Source of the DNA: Podargus strigoides
Taxonomy: Eukaryota
DNA length: 64,000 nt
NCBI GenBank assembly: GCA_028020825.1
Contig: CM051638.1
Location: 14,272,861-14,336,860 of the forward strand
Reading direction: 5' to 3'
In this document: one piece after another, positions 60,576 through 64,000 of the stretch
How the letters are laid out: each line of letters opens with the position of its first letter
Numbering within the stretch: the first letter of the stretch is position 1
Translations under genes and position numbers: made by a program
Notes under the pieces: generated by a model
The model's input: the letters and a program-made list of their open reading frames with translations, nothing else
What the model was told of the DNA's origin: nothing
Databases searched by the model: none

Positions 60576-60889
60576 TAGCGCGGGACTGACACATCCCGTC
60601 CCCAGCCCTGCAGTTCGTGTCGCTCAGCGGAGCGTGTGACTCATTTCACTGCCCTGCGGGAGGATCAGTACTGCCACTCGCCGGACACCTATTTGCCGTA
60701 TTTCAAAAAAAACCCGAAACCCAACACCTCCCCCAAAATCCCAACAGCGCGCATAACCCGCCCGCCCCCCCACCACCACCAAAACCCCCACAAAGGACCT
60801 TATTTCCAGTGGCTCTGCCAGCAGCATTACACACGACCGTCCCAAACTGGTGTTCCCGCCCGGCACGGATCGCCTCTGGCCGCCGTCAG

Positions 60890-61700
60890 TAATTAAGGCC
60901 GCGCTCAGACTGAGCAGCTGTCATTAAGGCAGGAAGGGGGGGATCTCTCTGGGGACGAGCTGCAACACCAACTCCCACCCCAGCGCCGCGCCGCCCGCTG
61001 AGCGCAGACCGCCATGCGGGCAGGGTCCTTCGCCGCCGCGGGGCGTCCCCCCTGACTGCCGGGGCCTGCCCGCCGCGGCGCCGCCTCACTCCGGCAGCGC
61101 GGGTCAGGCGAACGCTGAGGGCAGCTACAGCGGGGTCCTTCCGGCAGCACCTCCTGCCCCGCCCCACCCTACGGGCCCTTTCCCGCGCGGGAGGCAGCGG
61201 AGGTGGGTGCTGGGCCGTGTCTGCCGCCCTGCTCGGCGCGCAGCGGGGCCGGCCCGGGGTCTGGCGCCTGGGGCGGCGGGGGGGCGGGATTCGGCCCCGA
61301 TCGCTCGTCCTAGCCCTGCGGTGGGACCCGGCAGCGAGGCTGAGCCCGGCCGGGCCGGGCCGGGCCTGCGGCGGGGTGCCCCGGGGGAGCGTCCGTGGGT
61401 GGGAGGCCTTGTGGGGGCGGCGGAGGCCTTGGGGGGAGGGTGCCTCTTCGGGAGGGTTCCGTCGGTCCCATTCCCCGGGGAGGGTTCGGCCAGGCCGGGG
61501 AGCAGGCGGGAGATGTGCCCCGCGGTCAGGGGGCACGGGGAGGGGATCGTGCCCCAACGGGCCCGAACTGCTGCTGAGTTCCCGGGTACCCCCGGGCACG
61601 GAGCGCCCCGGGCTGACCCCACACTGCCCTTCTGTCCGTATTTACAGGTGACGCTGCGACAGGACACGCTCAGAAAACCCGATGGCTTTTGGAGGAGGTC
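60890..61700. promoter_or_regulatory. CpG island (GC above 70%, dense CpG), a probable promoter. A candidate + strand first exon ends at the donor GCGGAG|gtgggt at about 61203.
   Basis: Very high CpG density from 60.9 to 61.7 kb. All overlapping 'ORFs' are Arg/Pro/Gly-rich GC artefacts. Confidence 0.6.
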
Positions 61701-61742
61701 GTGGCCCGCACAGCTCTGCCGGGAGGAGGGAGGGCAGCTCTG
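61637..61742 (+). CDS. Candidate exon 2 with ATG at 61682 (MAFGGGRGPHSSAGRREGSS...) of an unidentified + strand gene
   Basis: Acceptor tttacAG|GTGACG and donor CTCT|gtgagtag; weak Kozak context; identity unknown. Confidence 0.25.
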
Positions 61743-62959
61743 TGAGTAGTGACAAAGTTCAGCTGTGGTTTGTGGACAGTAACAGCCCTCCGGCCCGGGA
61801 GGGGCTGAGTTTTTCCTGCGAATTGCACCGGTCTTTTCACCAATTGTTTATTTGGTGCGCACTTTTCCTCTGAGAAAGGACTTGGTCTCAATTATATTTG
61901 TTCACCATACATATCTCCGTGGTAGATTATATTTCTCGCCATCTGTTCTCTCTTTTCACATTCCTTCTCACAAACAATGGTGAAAAACAGTTCCCCAGAG
62001 GCTGCGGTGCTGCTGAGCAGGGCCTGGATTGCTGTGTCCTGTGTCTCCAGTCTCATCTGGAGGAATGGATTAATGGGGATGTGCAGAGGGGAGCTGTTGT
62101 GTTTGTTCCCTGGTCTGTGATGGGTGCTGGCATGTATTATCTGAGCATCAGTCTGATGATGATCAGTTGAGCTCTAGAGCTGATCTGAGACCTGGGAAGC
62201 AAACTCATTGCTCCTTTATGTAGCAGGAGTCTGTGGCTGTCTCTGTGTAGCTCCCTTGGTGGAGACTGCACCAAATGGGGGCACAGCACTGCCCTGTGCT
62301 TGTGGGCATGACAAACACTTGGACTGGCAGCATCAGTTTGAGAGGGGTGGGTTACCAGACATAGTCCCCCACAGCTGGGTTCTGCTTCAGAGGGCAAAAC
62401 ATGTTGATAACTGCTGATGTCTGAGTATCCCTCAGGAACTGGAGGCAGTTTTCCTTACGCTTGTTGCTGTGCTAAAACCACTTAGGTTAAAGTACTGCCT
62501 CAGGGTAGCACAGGTAAACCATGTGAGATGTGTATCTGTGAGATATACACGTGCCTCTGAGAAGTCCCTTCCTAGTGCAGCTCCCTCTTGTGACAGCCCT
62601 GGCATGTGACAGTCCCTTTCATTAACTGTTGGACTTGTTATTTTTGAGGCTTGTGGTGACTGTTGGTTTGGATGCCAAGGCAATGGCTGATGTTCTGCAG
62701 AGAATTGGTACCTTCCTGCTTGGTGTGCTGCCTTTGGCACTGAGCTTGATAGCTGTAGCCTAGGAAAGAGAGGGGAGGGGAGGAGGGGAGCTGCAGGGAT
62801 GTAGGTACAGACAGGCACAGGTGCCTGGACGTGTGCGTGTGTGTGTGCAGGCATGTGTAACGTGGGTTGTATTTATGAGTTGTTCATCCTAAGTTATTGA
62901 TGGGTTGGGAAACATTTGATGTACTGTAGACTTTGTACATGTGAACTAAGGCATTGTCA

Positions 62960-63300
62960 TTGCTCTGCTTTCATAGGATCATGGAGCCGTTTTGGATGGA
63001 AAGGACCTTAAAGATTATCCAGTCTGACCATTAACCCAGCACTGCCCAGTCCCCACTACCCCATGTCTGTCAGCTCCACATCTCCACGGCTCTGAAATCC
63101 CTCCAGGGATGGGGACACCCCCACTGCACTGGGCAGCCTGTGCCAGTGCTAGGAACCCTTTGGGGGAAGGAATTGTTCCCAATATCCAATCTTACCCTCC
63201 CCTGGTGCAACTTGAGGCCATCACCCCTTGTCCTATCACTGTAACCTGGGAGAAGAGACCAACCCCCTCTCAATCCCCCCTCCTCTCAGGGAGCTGTAGA
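62960..63300 (-). mobile_element. CR1 3' fragment (divergent subfamily, reverse orientation)
   Basis: catggagccgttttggatggaaaggacc...cattaacccagcactgcccagtccccactacccc...tccagggatgggg...cctatcactg. Confidence 0.7.
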
Positions 63301-64000
63301 GAGCAATGAGGTCTCCCGGTCTCTTTGATGCTTCTCTGATGCTACACTAAAATAACACCCTGCACAGGGGCGCCGTCTCCAGCGTTGGAGCGCTGGAGGA
63401 CAAGCAGGGTTTGCTGGGGGGGACAGCAGTGGATCTCGTGGGATGGCTGCTCTGACTGAAGACAGAGGAAATCCTGCCCTTCGTTCAGCCCTGTCCGTGT
63501 GAGCGTGGTGCAGCGTGTGCCAGCATGGGGCATGATCCTCATCTGTCGAGCCTCAGGATGTCCAGGTAAGTGTGACAGGAGCTGTCCAAAGAATCCCCTT
63601 TAGTGCATGGTCTTGATGATTGCAGACGTGGGACTGGGTGCTGATGGGTAGCAGTGGGGAAAACTTTCATTACCTCATTAAAGCAAACAAAACTGAAATG
63701 AGAAAAAGGACTTGGTCTCCATCTTACCTGTTCACCATAGTTTATCTGTCTCCATCTGTTCTTTCACATTCCTTCTCACACACACCCTGGTGAAAAGCAT
63801 TTCCCTAGAGGCTCTCGTGCTGCCGAGCAGGGCCTGGATTGCTGTGTCCTGTGTCTCCAGTCCCAGCTGGAGGAATGGATTAATGGGTCACAAATCAAGA
63901 AGGGAGTGTCCTGTTTGGGGCAGAAAGCGTGTTGGGTTTGGTACCCTTGGGTAGGAGAGGAGGAGATTCCCTTCCTGGGTCAGTGATGAGTGTTGGCATG

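Noticed and set aside
60886-61749. Multiple overlapping 140-240-aa ORFs on both strands rich in Arg, Pro and Gly
   Set aside because: GC-rich CpG-island sequence keeps all frames open; there is no domain-like content

Overview
This window is vertebrate, almost certainly avian, nuclear DNA. The evidence is spliced multi-exon genes with GT/AG introns, many CR1 LINE fragments ending in the bird-typical (ATTCTGTG)n tail, and two LTR retroviral proviruses; nothing here is prokaryotic. Two host genes converge tail-to-tail. (1) On the + strand, a GRAMD1/Aster-family gene has ten clean VASt-domain, transmembrane and C-terminal exons at 7972-16660 that I matched against remembered GRAMD1B protein sequence, at about 65% identity. 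Further upstream at 1060-2835 on the same strand are phase-compatible exons encoding a divergent PH/GRAM-like domain. (2) On the - strand lies RGL1 (RalGDS-like 1), with eleven exons identified between 21932 and 50049 covering part of the REM domain, the CDC25 domain ([47 protein letters not shown]), the Ser-rich linker and the RA domain. Between the two gene 3' ends sits an intronless, full-length but diverged CAB39/MO25 retrocopy with an intact 341-codon ORF. Inside RGL1, in sense orientation, are two proviruses. One is a 5.6-kb class-II (beta-like) ERV with 374-bp LTRs about 2% diverged, a tRNA-Trp PBS, a dUTPase, a 6-bp TSD (CTACCC), and most of pol/env deleted. The other is a 6.6-kb env-less gamma-like ERV with an intact gag, a gag-pro-pol stop read-through arrangement, a candidate tRNA-Arg-like PBS and a 3' LTR truncated to 31 bp. 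Also inside RGL1 is a young 3-kb CR1 with an 859-aa ORF2; a near-identical partial copy with an internal deletion lies 35 kb away. Other features are a 57-bp minisatellite of about 12.5 copies, a (TA)n microsatellite, a CpG island at 60.9-61.7 kb with candidate + strand exons, and a local duplication of about 280 bp at 61.87 kb and 63.70 kb. All coordinates are hand-derived and may be off by a few bases.
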